Below, in pieces: positions 1 through 14,296 of a stretch of 64,000 nucleotides of DNA. The stretch is from positions 60,884,001 through 60,948,000 of the forward strand of contig OZ320318.1 of assembly GCA_976226885.1 (NCBI GenBank), given 5' to 3'. The notes under the pieces were generated by a model. The model was not told the origin of the DNA. It saw nothing but the letters and a program-made list of their open reading frames with translations, and ran no database searches. The stretch comes from Iphione sp. A-MEVVRFRX5. Its lineage: Eukaryota. Made by a program: the position numbers and the translations under genes. Every line of letters starts with the position of its first letter. The stretch's first letter is position 1.

Positions 1-349
1 TGTGTTGGGGTGCATTGATGTCTGTTGTTCATTACTGAACACTGCTAATTAATTTCTAACACAATGCACAGATGCACAGGAAGACAAGCTCTTTTCCAAT
101 CAAAATTTGCCATTTACCAGTCAAATTCGCCAATTTTCATCATAATTTTACACAATTCCACACATTTCCACAAAAATTCACCACTTTTATTTAATTTTTT
201 TAAAAATTTCTTTGTGACAGCTATCTGCCATCAGCCTAGAGGCCGGTTTTCAACCGGGGCTGTATGGAATACTTCCTGTAGAGACCAAGCAGCAGCAACA
301 AAAGCTTAATACACTATGTCTACTGAATTATGGAGTAATAGTGGAGACT

Positions 350-3300
350 CGTCTAACTAGGCCAGTTGAGATTGAAAATTACACATCTAGGTATTGTGCA
401 TGTTAAAGACAGCTTTTTGTTGTTCCACCATGAAAACGTCTCTCTTTTGGAACTTATGATGACATTGTGGTATATTGGATAGCATGTATTTAGAGTCGTT
501 CCAAAACTTGATGATTCTATTATAGGTAGTTTTACATATGTGTGTTGTGTTGGCGTTAGGTGAGGACTTGAATTTGTCTGCAAAATTGTCTCTTAGAGTG
601 TATGCAAATTGTTCTTTGTCAAAGTATTGTATTTTGGAGGGATGTATTTGTAAGGATGCTTTGTAGCCTTGAATAAGAAGATGTAGTTTTATCCTCCCTT
701 GAACTTGCATCATATTTGCTAATTGATGTATCTACACTGTTGGTGTTCTAATGTCTTGCAGCAGAGCTCTTTTTAGACCTCTGTTTTTAAGTCTCTGTAT
801 CGATTTTATATATTTAGTTGGAAAAGATGACCAGATAAATTCAAGATAGTTGAGATGTGGAGGAACCGGTAACTTGTATGACAACAGTTTTGTTCTATTA
901 TCTAGGTATCTGTTTATTATATTGAGTGCTGTAGGTGTTTTTTATTTTCTTTGTCATGTGTGTAATGTGATCTTTCATGCATAGGTTATTGTCGAATGTA
1001 AGTCTAAGGTACTTGTTTGTTGCAGGTTGCTGTATTCATGTTTTTGCAAGTTGGATAGAGATAGATTATCCGAGTTGGTTCGTGTGCCTGTTGGTGCCAA
1101 ACAGCATGCATTGGTTCTTTCCTACATTGAGTGCAGGCTTATGATATCTTAGCCAGCTATGTACTCTAGTGAGCATGATCTGTGTTATTTTAATAGCTTC
1201 CTGTATTGTATTGTTTACATAGAATAATGGTATCATCAGCGTAGATGGCATATTCATTTGGGATGATTTCTTTTGTTACATGATCAATACATATTGTGAA
1301 CAGAACAGGACCCAGAACTGATCCCTGGGTATTCCAGTTTGTATAAGTCTGTATTTGGAGTTTTCACCGTTAGCGATTGTGCATTGATATCTATTTGATA
1401 GGTAGTCCTTGAAGAGTCTAAGTGCTTTTCTAACTATTCAAATTTGTGATAGTTTGTTTTTTTATCATATTGTGAAAAATTGTATCGCATGCTTTAGATA
1501 TGACAAGGTAGAGGGCTACTGTGAAGAGCTTGTTATTATTGTTTTTCCTTATTGTGTCTACAACATGTTGCACCACAGTTAACGTTGAGAATCCGGCTCT
1601 GTAGCCAACTTGTTCGTTACCCAAGAACAGAGATGGATCTGTAGTTTGTTGGTTCTGACTTATTGCCTCCTTTATGTAGTGGTGTGATTGTAGCAATTTT
1701 CAAACTTGTGGGTATTTTCTCTTCACACAAAATTTTATTAATGATCTGGGAGGGTGGACCAGGCAGTATTGGGATTAACTTCAGAATATGTTTCATGGGT
1801 ATATTCTTGTATCCAGATGATTTTGTGGCCGAAAGGTCCTTTAGGATTGCTGCTACTTCATGTTCATTAGTGGATTCAAAATGTGTTAGCCTACATTTGG
1901 TTAGTTCATATTCATACTTCGTTGTGCTCATGGGTAATTTACTCTAAGTCACATATCCGATATCAGTGAAGTGGTCGTTTGAAATTTGAAATTTGTTTGA
2001 TATCTGCTATGATGGTTGCTTGATAGTGTAATTTGTCTATTGCAAGCTCCTCAATTTTCTTATTGTGTAGTAATGTCTTGAGCTTTCTTCAGTGCTTGGC
2101 TTGATCATGCTTGTACTGGTTGAGCTTTGTCATCGCGCTGGCTTTCTTAGCTTGTCTGATTTTATTGTTCGTTGTTTGTTCTTAATCCTTCTAGCTTGTA
2201 GTAGCAACTCAGATGAGTTTGTCTATCTGTAAAGGTTAAAGAGCTTCTGCTTTAGTCTTCCTAAGGTGGGATATTTTTTTAGTGATCCATCTAGGTATAT
2301 TCATTGGAATACTTTTGTATTTATAAGGTGCCTGTTTATCTAAGATTCAATCTATATCTTGTTCCAGTGTGACACACTGTCTAGATCAGGATTAATCTTG
2401 TGCATTTTACATTCAACTTGAGCTGTGAATTCAGTGTCACTGAAGTAAAAGGAATCTCTAATTCTGATGATTTGGAATTTAGGTTTCATATTTATGACTT
2501 TCCTTTTAACAAACGTCCCAAAATATCGCTTATAGTTGATATAATTGTTTCTGCTGTTTGTTATTTTTTGGGTGTGTTGACAAAAAATCAAGTCATACAT
2601 GTTCTAGTTTGGGGGGTCATTCTGGTGGGTACATTAATTATATTGGTGAGGCCCGTGTTGTTTTCAAATGACATAATCTTCTTATAATGGGAGTTTCTAG
2701 TCTTAAGTTAACCGATATTGAAATTACCAAGAATGACAATTCATCCTTGTTGATATTTAGATTCTGTATTGTCTTCTGTAATTATTGAATGAAGGAGTCA
2801 GCGTTTCCTGATGGAGGTTAACTATTCCTATATAAGTGTGTTTATACTGGTGGAGAGTGAGATCAATATACCCGCTAGAAATATTCATTTGTGCACTCAC
2901 TTCAATCGATGCTTTGTCAGGTAGACTTTTGTAGTAATATGTTGCTAGTCCGCTATGTCTCATGTCTGTATGATGTCTGTCTAGTCTCTGTAATATGTGC
3001 ATGTAGATGTGGATGCGAAATTGGTAATTTTCAATTGTTATTAAGCCATCTTTTTTAAAAACAAAGTATGTCTATATTCCTTTGGGTAAGCTCAGCTTGC
3101 AGTGCATCTACCTTATGTTTCAGACATTCACGTGGACTATTGAGATTCTTGACATAAGTGAGTAAGGGTAAATAGGGTGCCTAAAGGCACAGATAACACG
3201 GGGAAGTTGCGAAAGGGCTAGTGATCGACGTTGGGTCAATGATGGTAAAGACAGAATAAATCTAAATTTGATTTAAACTGGAGTGGCTTAGTGGAGTGGG

Positions 3301-5250
3301 AGCAATCTTGTGAACTGTTGTATGCATATTCAAGTACTTGTAGTTAGTAGGGGTGATGTTGCTGAGTGCTGGTTCATGTGGATGCCCAAGCAAGTTAATT
3401 GTTCAGTATGATGGACCCATCGATTTCCAGGTTTTTACCAAACCAGATAGGGAATGGCCTGTTGTCATGGTTACAGTGAGTCTGGAAATATGAAGACATG
3501 TGCCTCCCTCGACAAACAATCAGTACACAAAAGAGCTGACAGCTTTAAGAAAGAGGATGTTCTTTCTCAGGCCAATCCTCACAAACTATAAAAGGTAGGA
3601 GAAAATGGATTGGCAAATGTTTAGATAAGCTGTCAGAGATTATTCACCCAAATTATGAGATATTTCTGCGGAGAATTGAGAAAACTACAGCAGTGGAAAG
3701 TTGGGGCTTTTTAGGTAGAACCTAGTACAGACTGTCACATTAATGTCAAGGGTGCTGCTAACTAGGTCATATTCCAGCCTGCCACCTGGCGTGAATCAAT
3801 GGGTCTATTATGGATATTATAATTACTATGATGTGCCTCTGGTAGAGCTATTGTAACGTGCTAATTAGAGTTCATTAGTCCTGTCGCTGAAATCAAATGA
3901 TTATTGTCAATATTAAAATCCATGTCTAGTAAATAGTTAAGGAAATATTGATGGTTGTGCGGGAAAATAAAAAAGATTAATTAAAACACATGCACCATCA
4001 TTATCAGTGTAAAGGATAGCTGGGCTGGTCTGAGTAAGTTTTACATATATTTTCCCGTTTAGAGACCAGGCTCCCGCATAGTTCTCTGCTTTTATCCTTG
4101 CATGGTAGTATCTTTGTGATGGACACTTCGCCTGATTCTAAATGGCATCTGTAAATATGACCTAGTTATGAGTTCCCTCAACATTGGACTACCAGTCTGG
4201 ATTGAATCCTACCTAAAAAGTCTAATCTCTCCACTGCTCCTGATCTGTCAATTCTTCATATGATATTCCTTAATATCTCATCTATATATGCTACCCCGTT
4301 TTCTCCTATCTTGCATATTTTTTACGGATGGCCTGAGAAAGAACATGCTGTATGAGTATGTTCTGTATGAATCCACATGGCTACTTGTTTGTCAAGGAAA
4401 GCCTTTGGCACCCTATGTGCTCAACGGCTGTCACTAGAGCAACAAGCCACACCCTACCCGGAATAGTAAAAGATACATTGTTGTAACAGGCCTAGGCAAA
4501 GGGTCCATTCTGTTCAGTTATAACTTCATTGAAGAAGATCCCCTAGCTATTCTACCCAAGGAGGTACGCTTAGTATATATCTGCTGCTGGCTACTCTCTC
4601 TTAAAAACAATACAAACAGTCCTGGTGCAATTAGTTAGGGAGTCCTTTTTACCAATTTTATAGAGAAAATCGATGTCTTCTCTATTCACTTTCTGGTCCA
4701 AGTCTCACCTATCCAGGAGAGTAAGTAGTTCATCAATGTTTGTTTGTTGGGTGTTCTGAATTCCCATGATCCTCAAAGATCAGTTACGAGAATGAATCTC
4801 CAGTTCTTCAGCCTTTTGTGTGCTGCTAATTGGGGTATTTGTAACTTCCACCATGTGGTTTTAAACCATATCCAACCTATCATCGAAGTATTGGATTATT
4901 TCATGTCTGGGAGCTACAGTATCGTTATGTATTATTTTCTGTAAGTCTTTTTTAAGAGGTAGACAGTGAAGAACCTGGAAAACATAGAATTCATAGAGGT
5001 ACTTGATACACTCGTTTCAGGAGTCTCCTCAGCTGTTGGTATCATTGATGTAGTTGTTCAGTTAGTCTTGTTACTGCTGATGGCCTCAGCTTCTTCCTTA
5101 GTAAACCCAAGGAAGGACAACGAAGAATCACTAGAGAGACTTGGCCTCTTGACTGAACCTTGAAAGGCACCTTAAGTAAATTCCCTAGTTTTGATTCCTG
5201 ACCTTGATATTGGTTAAATGATGTAAATTTAATGAGAAAATGTCTGTTTT
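350..5250 (-). mobile_element. Decayed near-full-length non-LTR retrotransposon (CR1/L2-group LINE): ORF1, APE endonuclease, RT
   Basis: Minus-strand frameshifted fragments: ORF1-like EIHSRNxSLRIMGI, DIDFLYKIGKK, AWSLNGKIYVK; endonuclease start ISIVHVNV..KVDALQAELTQRNIDILC (~3150); RT motifs PTSLKIATITPLHKGG..NYRSISVL, QVGYRAGFST, GIPQGSVLGPVLFTIYVD. Many stops. Confidence 0.85.
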
Positions 5251-5479
5251 TTTGGGGGGGAGTATTGCTTTACAGCATATAAATGGTATCAATGTCAGTG
5301 TTTTTTTATATAGAGATTCCCTGTCTTGCTGATAAGTAAGGATTAAATTTCCCGTCTATGTCACTTCTTATTCTTTGTTTGGGAAAGATGTCATTGATTA
5401 ACTGTCAGTTCCCCAACTTAAATTATACTTCAGCGAGGAGTGCAACTCAAGCTTTTCTCGCCAAGACCGCATATGCCCA

Positions 5480-5738
5480 TGAACTGCACTTTTTCCAACA
5501 AATTTACTGTTTTTAGTAATTTTCCTATGTAACTTCAGCATTTTTTGCACTTCTCCCATCAATTTAACCATTTTTGGTACTTTTTCCTATCAAATTCACC
5601 ATTTTTTTTGCTCAGTAATAGAGCTCAATAGACAACCTTGTGCAAGAGGCGCCAAGAAAAAATCAACACATTGTGATGCACACGGAGGCCTCACGCAACC
5701 TCACAGACACACACACGCACAGGTAAGAGAACTGGGCC
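5480..5738. mobile_element. Degenerate Harbinger-like MITE fragment
   Basis: Ends gcacaggtaagagaactgggcc|taa and has degenerate aattt/ttttt subrepeats like the MITE at 23229. Confidence 0.4.
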
Positions 5739-6019
5739 TAAATGGCAAATTTGATGCGAAAAGAGCTTCCAATCCTGTGCGTTTGTGCATGAAATTACCA
5801 AGCAGTGTTCGCTAATGAACAATCAAATAGCTGTAGCACACACTGCATGTGGAGGTCACCAAAGTTAAGCAACACTGAGTCCTAGTAGTACTTGGATGGG
5901 TGACTGACTGCCTAGTGGTTGGGGATGAAAATTACTGAATATGAGGCTAGTTTCTAAGTTACCGTCTCAATGCTTCCAGTGAGACCATGTGAGAGGGTCA
6001 GGATGCAAGTGCATTCTCA

Positions 6020-6029
6020 TTCTCTCTCA

Positions 6030-6105
<76 letters not shown>

Positions 6106-6118
6106 ATCTCTCTATCTC
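6020..6118. repeat. (CT)n microsatellite
   Basis: Direct read. Confidence 0.95.
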
Positions 6119-6289
6119 TCAAACCTGTGCAACTATAACGGCTGCACCGACTGAACTTGGAGCCAGAGGCTCCTCCCACCCCAGCTGTCAAATAGTGGCT
6201 GCTGCACTGGTAGGGTGGGCTGGGGGTTCAAATCAACGTCAGTTTTTTCCCCCAACCTTCTCTTAGGCAGAGCTGATGTAACACACTTG

Positions 6290-6440
6290 TAAGGCAGCTT
6301 AGACTTACTCAAACATCAAAGAGTTCACTCCTCCCACTTTCCCTTCTGCATTACTCCTTGCATTCCGTGGAGGTCATCTCACTGCTGTAACTTATCAGCA
6401 CCATAAGCAGACATGGCCTCCACTGACAATGGATACTCAA
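6290..6440. repeat. Dispersed repeat with a gtggaggtca/tgacctccac hairpin (copy 1; others at ~14730-14840, 24058-24115, 38930-39090)
   Basis: Shared gatgtaacacactt...ttgcatt..gtggaggtcat...atgacctc(c/t)actga between the copies. Confidence 0.7.
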
Positions 6441-6879
6441 CACACACACGCACAGAGAAGACACCCTTTAATTTGTTCAACATATTCAATAAAAAAACAC
6501 ATCAACATACCCTAACACACACAGATACCAAACGAAGGTAAGGAGACTGGGCCTTATGGTGTGAGTGGAAATGGTTACTCTTGGAGGTGGCACGAAACAC
6601 TGATTTGCTGTGTGACCTCACAGAGACAACTCGACTGGTGGCATAGCCATGAGTGCAACTGAGACCATATACATGCCCACTACCAAGGTTTCAGCAAGAC
6701 AAAAACTGTTGTAAGCTGCTCTCCTGAGAAATTATCAAAAGTGTATGCACATGTTTGATGACTCTATTATTGTGGAATTAACACGCCACTGTTAGTGGGA
6801 CAAGAGCTTCAAAGCGAACCAAAAGTGAACAATACAGACATACAGATATAACACTTCTGCACTTGAAAGAATGACTCAC

Positions 6880-6938
6880 CTCAATACCAGTGGCAAAGGA
6901 AAGGATAAAGCAGACAAACCATGGCAGCAGATCCAATT
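6880..6938 (-). CDS. SLC26A11: SLC26A11 coding exon 14 (LDLLPWFVCFILSFATGIE)
   Basis: Acceptor ttttatccag, donor gtgagt, 59 nt. Confidence 0.9.
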
Positions 6939-9900
6939 CTGGATAAAAGCAAGACATAATGTACATTTTATCTAACAATCTGAAACAAGTTGTATTGAGA
7001 GTGTCAGACTTCTATACTTTGTACGAGTACGGGTCAAGCAATTTTAAATGATTAATTCACTCAGGCAGAGTAACTGTTAACTTATAACAAACAACACCAA
7101 CATAAATATATGTTGCTGCATAGGGCACGAGACATTACAATGTAAAAATCAATGTGTAACCACATCATCAGAGCTCTTTAAATTTTTTGGGCCCACCTGA
7201 CGCAACATAATTACAAAGTAATGTTTAATGCTTTATGTAAACTTTTTGGTATATAGCAGATTTTGACTGGAGCAAAACCGATTATGATGTCATTTTCAGG
7301 GTCAAAGATTCTGCTGTGGTGGTGTAAATGGTAGTTTGGCAATGGATAAATCCAACATACTTTATCACATGTATTCTAAAAACTTAGTTTTTTGGTCATA
7401 AACATATAAATTGACTCACTCCTGATGAGCCACAGTTTCCTGATGAGGCTGAAGGAGACCATATCAAGTACAGCCATAATAATGACACCGGCTAGTGCTG
7501 CATTTGGGATGAACCTGAACAGCGGTGTCATGACACCCAGAGCAAGCAGGATGAGTGCACCAGTCCACAGTCCTCCAGCAGGTGTCCGCACACCACTTTG
7601 GGAGTTCACGGCTGTCCTATTGACATGTAGTGGAAAAATATGATGGAAATACAACAAAATCAATTTAAATCACTCTCAGAGAGTAAACTTTAAAAAAAGC
7701 CCTATAACAAACATGTTCAAGAAGAGGAACAGTGACACCTGAATCAAACATAAGGACTGTATCTCGGCCTGAGCCCTGAACACAAAACAAAGGCCTGCGT
7801 GACCAGTACCTTTATCTGCAGAGTGCGTATTTGTGAGAGTATGTAGTCATACATTTTAATTGGGAGTTCACAATGCTGCTTATTCTCATAAAGAAAGGTG
7901 AATCTCCAAATAAGCTGCTATACTAGACCCATAGACTAACTAACTGAAATTGCCATGCAATGACAAGAGTAATTTGAACTATGTTGCAATCGATGGCTGA
8001 AACCAGCATTATTGCTGACGCCCTGTTGCTCTTTTTTTAAATGAAAAAGAATCTTTACATGCTCAAAAATTATTGTGTGTTATGACTGCAGCGGCTCTAC
8101 ATATGCTAAACCTTTTTCATTTCGAAACCTACACAACCTCCCAACAAATGGTACCTATACTACTGTTACACATCCAAGCATAAACCTATATACCATCTTC
8201 TATAAAGTTGGTGGAATAGGCATGAAAATATTTAAATTAATAATAAGTTTACATGTCATCCCCTAAGGCTTAATTTATATCAACTCGTATGTCATGTCGT
8301 TGTATCTGTGTTGGCATTAAACATCCTTTTTTTCCTTAATTTGAACATGCCCAAATCAAAGAAACATATACTCCATGTTTTGAGAGTGAAACACGGATGG
8401 GAAACAGGGTCACATGAAAAGGGGGCAACGCTTGTAAAACGCCTCTGCAAGCATACATCTAGCAAAGGACACAACACGGCAAAATCCTCATGTCTTCAGA
8501 GCAGGTTTAATCTAGCCCCTCCATGTACACGGGCAGCAACACCTGACAACTGAAACAGACTTTCTTCTATGAAGTCATGATTTATATGCGGGCTTCTGAA
8601 AAGTAATACTTTTTTAGTCATGTTTAGTTTGTTATAAATGGCTTCCAACAACTTTTCAAACTTTCTGAAACACACTTCCTCTGTTCCTAGTGAGTTGTGT
8701 ACAGCCAATGTGAAAAGTAGTAATGCAGTTCAACAGAACTTCAGTTTTAAACGCAAAGTATTTACCTATATTATATTGACTATATTACTAATTATCGAAC
8801 CTTGGTAATCTCAGTAATAAAATCGTGCAACGATTTTTCAAAAGGAAGTTGTGAACTAATTTCACGTTTATCTTTCCATTTTTTTTATCTTCTGGCCTGA
8901 CTTTTGAAAAAAAATCATTACCGTGAAAAACTTCCTGTCACAGGGTATGAGGCAGCAAAAGATCCGACTAGATTCGATGCACCTGTAAAGCACAAAATAG
9001 GAAACTGTCTAACAATTCATAATACAGAGACAAGTAAATCACATGCGTGTACACAATAATTGCGAAAACTAGATGGATCTAGTCCAAATAATGAGAATAA
9101 CTGTTTGTCATGCACTTACAAGAAAGGAAGCTATCCTTCCTGAGGCACCTTTGTCACAGCACATAACAATTATATCCACAGTAAGACAGACAAAAGCACA
9201 CTCACCGATAGCAATCAGTTCTTGATTAGCATCTATTCTGTATTTATTTCTTCTTGCTGAAATACGAGATTGTTGTTGGGTGATTAGAAATACCGACAGA
9301 TCAATGAACAAAACTAGAGCAAATGCAAAGTCTTCTATAGTTTCCTACTAAAAAGTACACACCAACAATAGGCTACTGAGTAAGTAAATTGAATACGACA
9401 GAAATTTAAGCAAAACAATTCAGTTAATAACATGTACGTTCTTACCAAAGGCGTTTCCTATTGCAATTGATTCAACTACTCCCATTAGCGGGACAACTGC
9501 AAGCCCTCCGCCAATTTTCTGAAACCAGAAAAAAAACAATATCTGTGAATACATTTCCCCAAAATCCTCTCTGCTTCAACACGCATTATTTAATACATGT
9601 CCAGTCAGACCCTGTTATCTAGGTTCTAATCCAGAAAACTGATTCCAAAGTCACAGAAAGATTGAATTTAATGTAATGAGGTCTCTGCTTATATTAGATA
9701 TAATGCTATGTTTTGCTGAAAATGGGACGTCATAGTAAAGTTTCCACCGATCAAAGTGTTGTTTCCCGACGTCGGCAGCTGCTTCAGTTATTCAGATGCT
9801 TTTGCTGATGCTTTAAAACAGTACTGAGTTGTTTGTAAGGCCAGGCAAGAGACTAAGACTTGTGCCTAGTTTGACCGCCAGCTCTTGCCACATTTGATGC

Positions 9901-12900
9901 TGCCATAGGTCACCATAACACTGCTAGTGTCAATATCTGCTATGGGTTGCAGTGTGAGGAGGAGGTAACAAAATTAGTAATGCTACCATGTCCCTACAAA
10001 CATACTAGCCCCTGTGTGTGCCTAATACACAGCCCCTAGTGCCTGCATGCTTGTTCCTGGTGTATAACTGGCTTCCATTCCAGCTCTCAAAGTCGGCCAA
10101 GCAGATGGTCATTTCACCGAAAGGTATTGTGTCCCATCTACGAGACTACAGGACATCATTGTTATTCTCATGAATGTCAGCCCTGCCTTGCTCATGGCCT
10201 GTTCAGCAAGAAGCAGTTTTTTTTTATTTCTTTGAAAAGAACAGCAAACCGACATCAGCCAAATGGGCTGGTTTCCAGCTGGAGCTGTTGGTGATACATT
10301 GTTGTAGGTGGATAGCAGCAGTGAAAGCTTAACACCATTCTAGGCTTTATAGGGAACTGATCTAACCTAATTGAAATAAATCTAAACTTGACTACCAGGC
10401 CAAACTTGAAACCTTATACATCTAGAAGACTGAGGAGCTATGTTAGGTCTAATAACTTTTGCTACCATTGTTGTATGATGTCATGTTTGAAGTGTCTTAT
10501 TGGGTATTGTGTTGCATAATGTTTCGCATGTATTTGAGACTTGTTCGTTGTTTTATGATTCTGCAGTGTGTTGTTTTATTTATGTGTGGACTGTGCACAT
10601 CTGCATTTATACTGAACTTGTCTGCATAATTGTCTCTAAGGTCATATGCATTTTGCTGTAGTGTGTAATGTTGTTGGATGTATTGTGGGTGAATTGGGAG
10701 GAATGCCTTGTAACCTTATATCAATAAATGGAAGTTTATTCTTTCCAGCACAATCATCATATTGGCTCTGTTATGTGCTTCTGTTGCAGGGTGTTCTTTT
10801 ATCTAGTCTAAGTCCTCTCTTGATGCCTCTGTTCTGTAGACGTTGAATTTGTATGACAGTGTATATATTTGTTAGGGATGCTGGACCGAATGATGTCAAG
10901 ATAGTCTATGTGAGGTTATGCTAGTAGTTTATATAGCATTAAACTGGCAGTGGTGTCGATATATTTGTTTATCTATGTTCAATGTCAATTTGTGGGCTGA
11001 TAGCCAGTGATGTACCTTAATGAGTGTATTTTGTGCCTTTTGTACTGCTGTGTGGAGGGTTTTGTGTGAGCATAGTATTATTGTGTCATCTGCATATATT
11101 GCATACTCATTGGGATGTATTACTTTACTAATGTTGTTAATGTATAGTGTAAAGAGAACCGGTCCTAGTACAAAGTCTTGCGGTACTCCATTTTTTATCC
11201 TTCTGAATTTTGATTTCTTGTCATTTACTATAGTGCATTTGTGTTGATGTGTCAGGTAGTTTTTGTAAAGTTGTAGTGCTGCTCCAGTGATGCCTATTTG
11301 TTGTAGTTTTGTTTGTAGTATTTTGTGTGATATAGTGTCGAAAGCTTTGGAGATGTTTAGAAATTGTTAGTGTGGAATATCCAGTCCTGTACCCGTGGAA
11401 TATCCAGTCCTGTACCCAGTTAGATGTCTATCAGTATGCCTCCCCCCTTTGGTGCATGATCCCCACTACTGATGGTGGAATTATGGACAACCATCTGACT
11501 GCTATGTAGTAGCTTACTGTCACTGACAACTTGTCAAAACGTCGATATACCATTTGAACCGGGGATACATACTTGCTTCCTCTCAACAAGTGAGAAAGCG
11601 TTTATAACCCAACAAGACATATTAATACAGACATTTTTTTCTACAACAGTAAGGGGGACTCCCTACATCAACAGTGCAACCCCATGCCTCGTCCTATGAG
11701 ATAGGAAGAACAACTGACCCATCGCAGAGAGGTTAGGAAACATATTACATGAATTGTATGTAGCTTTCCAACTATGTGGCAAAATAATNNNNNNNNNNNN
11801 NNNNNNNNNNNNNNNNNNNNNNNNNNNNNNNNNNNNNNNNNNNNNNNNNNNNNNNNNNNNNNNNNNNNNNNNNNNNNNNNNNNNNNNNNNNNNNNNNNNN
11901 NNNNNNNNNNNNNNNNNNNNNNNNNNAGAGTGCACCAGTAGACTAGAAAAGTCGGTGCGTCAGTGAGGGACTGAGTAAATAATCAAGTGACTGAAGGTGC
12001 AAATCAAAGGCCACCAATTTACTCACCGCAAGCATATCAAGAGCAGGGACCGTGGTGTTCGTGTGCTCGTCAAATGCCCCTCCAAAGGGCGGCAGGTTGA
12101 AGGGTGGAAGTCCAGAGGTTATGTTACCCGTAAGTGTTAGAACATGGATGTCATAGGCGTCAAGGACCCCTGCGAGACTGGATGCCACTAAAACAACCAC
12201 GGCGTTCCGAGCTAGAAGAGAACAGTATATCACACCATGCATGCCTTCGACCAATACTGTCTACACCTAGGCATAATTTTCTCAAAGATACCGATGGCAT
12301 ACATAAGCATAGTAGAATCTAACCTCAAGGGTATGCATAATGAAAGGTTAAAATTGGATCTCGCCAGATTCACAAACAACATCCCAACCAATGCCATCTC
12401 CAACATTTAAGTGCAAGCGAGTAATTAATTTCAGTGATACATTTCAATGACAGACACCGCAGACCAACTCGGACGCTTGTGTGTTATAGGTAAGAAGTCT
12501 ATGCAACAGACTGACCATCAGCCCACCGACTTCTTTTATGACACTTGGTAAGGCATGTTGACCCTCCAGCCTTATGGCGTGTTACAAGTCACCAAGATCA
12601 ATGACTTAATGTCAAATACATGCATATACAGACTTAAATATGCAGTCTTAGTTAAAGATTGTGTGCTGCAGAGGACCAGGCTCCAAATGTGTAGTTAAGC
12701 ACATTGGGCACTGATGCCTATTTACATTAAGTGTTTGCGTGACAACTTTGACTCAAATAACATCATGGAAATAAATGTTGCTAGTGTCTACTATACATCA
12801 AATATGCATTACAAAGCTTTGTGCGGTCATACAAAAAGGGGAGGACTTTATGGGCGAGCCCCTTTGCCTCATCAGATGCATTACATTCAGCAAAACACTC

Positions 12901-14212
12901 CCAAACTAACATACCTGCATATACTGACACACTAATGAAGAGGCCATTTTCTATGCACTTCTCGAAATATGGAATCATCTGGGTGTATGTAGGTGAGGAT
13001 CTAAACATTTCGGGGTTTATTCCTCTAAAACGAAATGGAGGTACTTTTCCAGTATTAAATTTCTGAATAGATACTGTACATGTAAATATATTTCCGGTGA
13101 AGACACATAATTTCTTCCGTTTGTGCTGCCTTACCTGTGGTGAAGATCCATATGAACTTCTTGCAACATCTTAGACATCTCGTCATTTCACTGTCATTAC
13201 GCCATTTCATATTCTTGATTTTCTAGAAATATACAAGTTTATAACTTCTCCCAGTGTCGCCTTATTATTATACTGTCTTCTTTAGACTATGAAAGACTGT
13301 TCAAGTCTCTCAGGGCAGCTGTGCAATACAAATACATACAAATATTGTACTGTGTCATTATTATAAGCGACTTTTCACTATATTAAGTGTCCAATTTGAT
13401 TTTGTAAAGGTGAGGCAACTATTGATCCTACCTTCATCGTAAATAGGACTATCATACAAATGAGACCAAGCAGGAAATCCCAGAGACTGGAAAAAAGCAA
13501 TACACCTGCTAATTAATCTATGTTAAAGGAGTGACAATATGTAAAAGAGTACATGAAGCCTAATACCTACAATGTCCAGATGTAATACTAAGACAAATCC
13601 ACCATAAAGTGATGGTCTTGTGGTGTGTATAAATTTATCTGTACCACATGACACTGCACACACACCATAGGAAGGCCAAAAAAGTGATCCTCTTTGTTCT
13701 ATTAATTTTCCTGTAAATTCTTGGGAAGGATTTATACCGGTAAAAGAAGGAAAAACGTAAACTTGTACATATTTGCTGTAAAGTGTGCAGTACACACTGG
13801 AAATATATCTGGCCATCAGTTGGTGGTTTACATGCCTATGTGCGACGTAAAAATGGAACAAGCAAATGGCTGCATTGTACGTTACACGCGGAGGTCACAA
13901 TCACTCTCTGTTTGTCTNNNNNNNNNNNNNNNNNNNNNNNNNNNNNNNNNNNNNNNNNNNNNNNNNNNNNNNNNNNNNNNNNNNNNNNNNNNNNNNNNNN
14001 NNNNNNNNNNNNNNNNNNNNNNNNNNNNNNNNNNNNNNNNNNNNNNNCCCCAAACTCACCAAAAATAAGGTTTTTAACTCCTCAAACTCACCAAAACTCA
14101 GGTTCACTCCTCAATATCACTGCAACTCAGGTTATTACTCTTCAATCTGACTACAATTCAGGTTTTTCTCCTCAAACACATCACAACTCAGGTTTAACAT
14201 TCATATGAGGAG

Positions 14213-14296
<84 letters not shown>

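Noticed and set aside
5970-6266. ORFs rich in SL/RE dipeptides here and at 14194-14435, 22281-22539, 49540-49806, 54230-54420
   Set aside because: Translations of (CT)n/(GA)n/(CA)n microsatellites.
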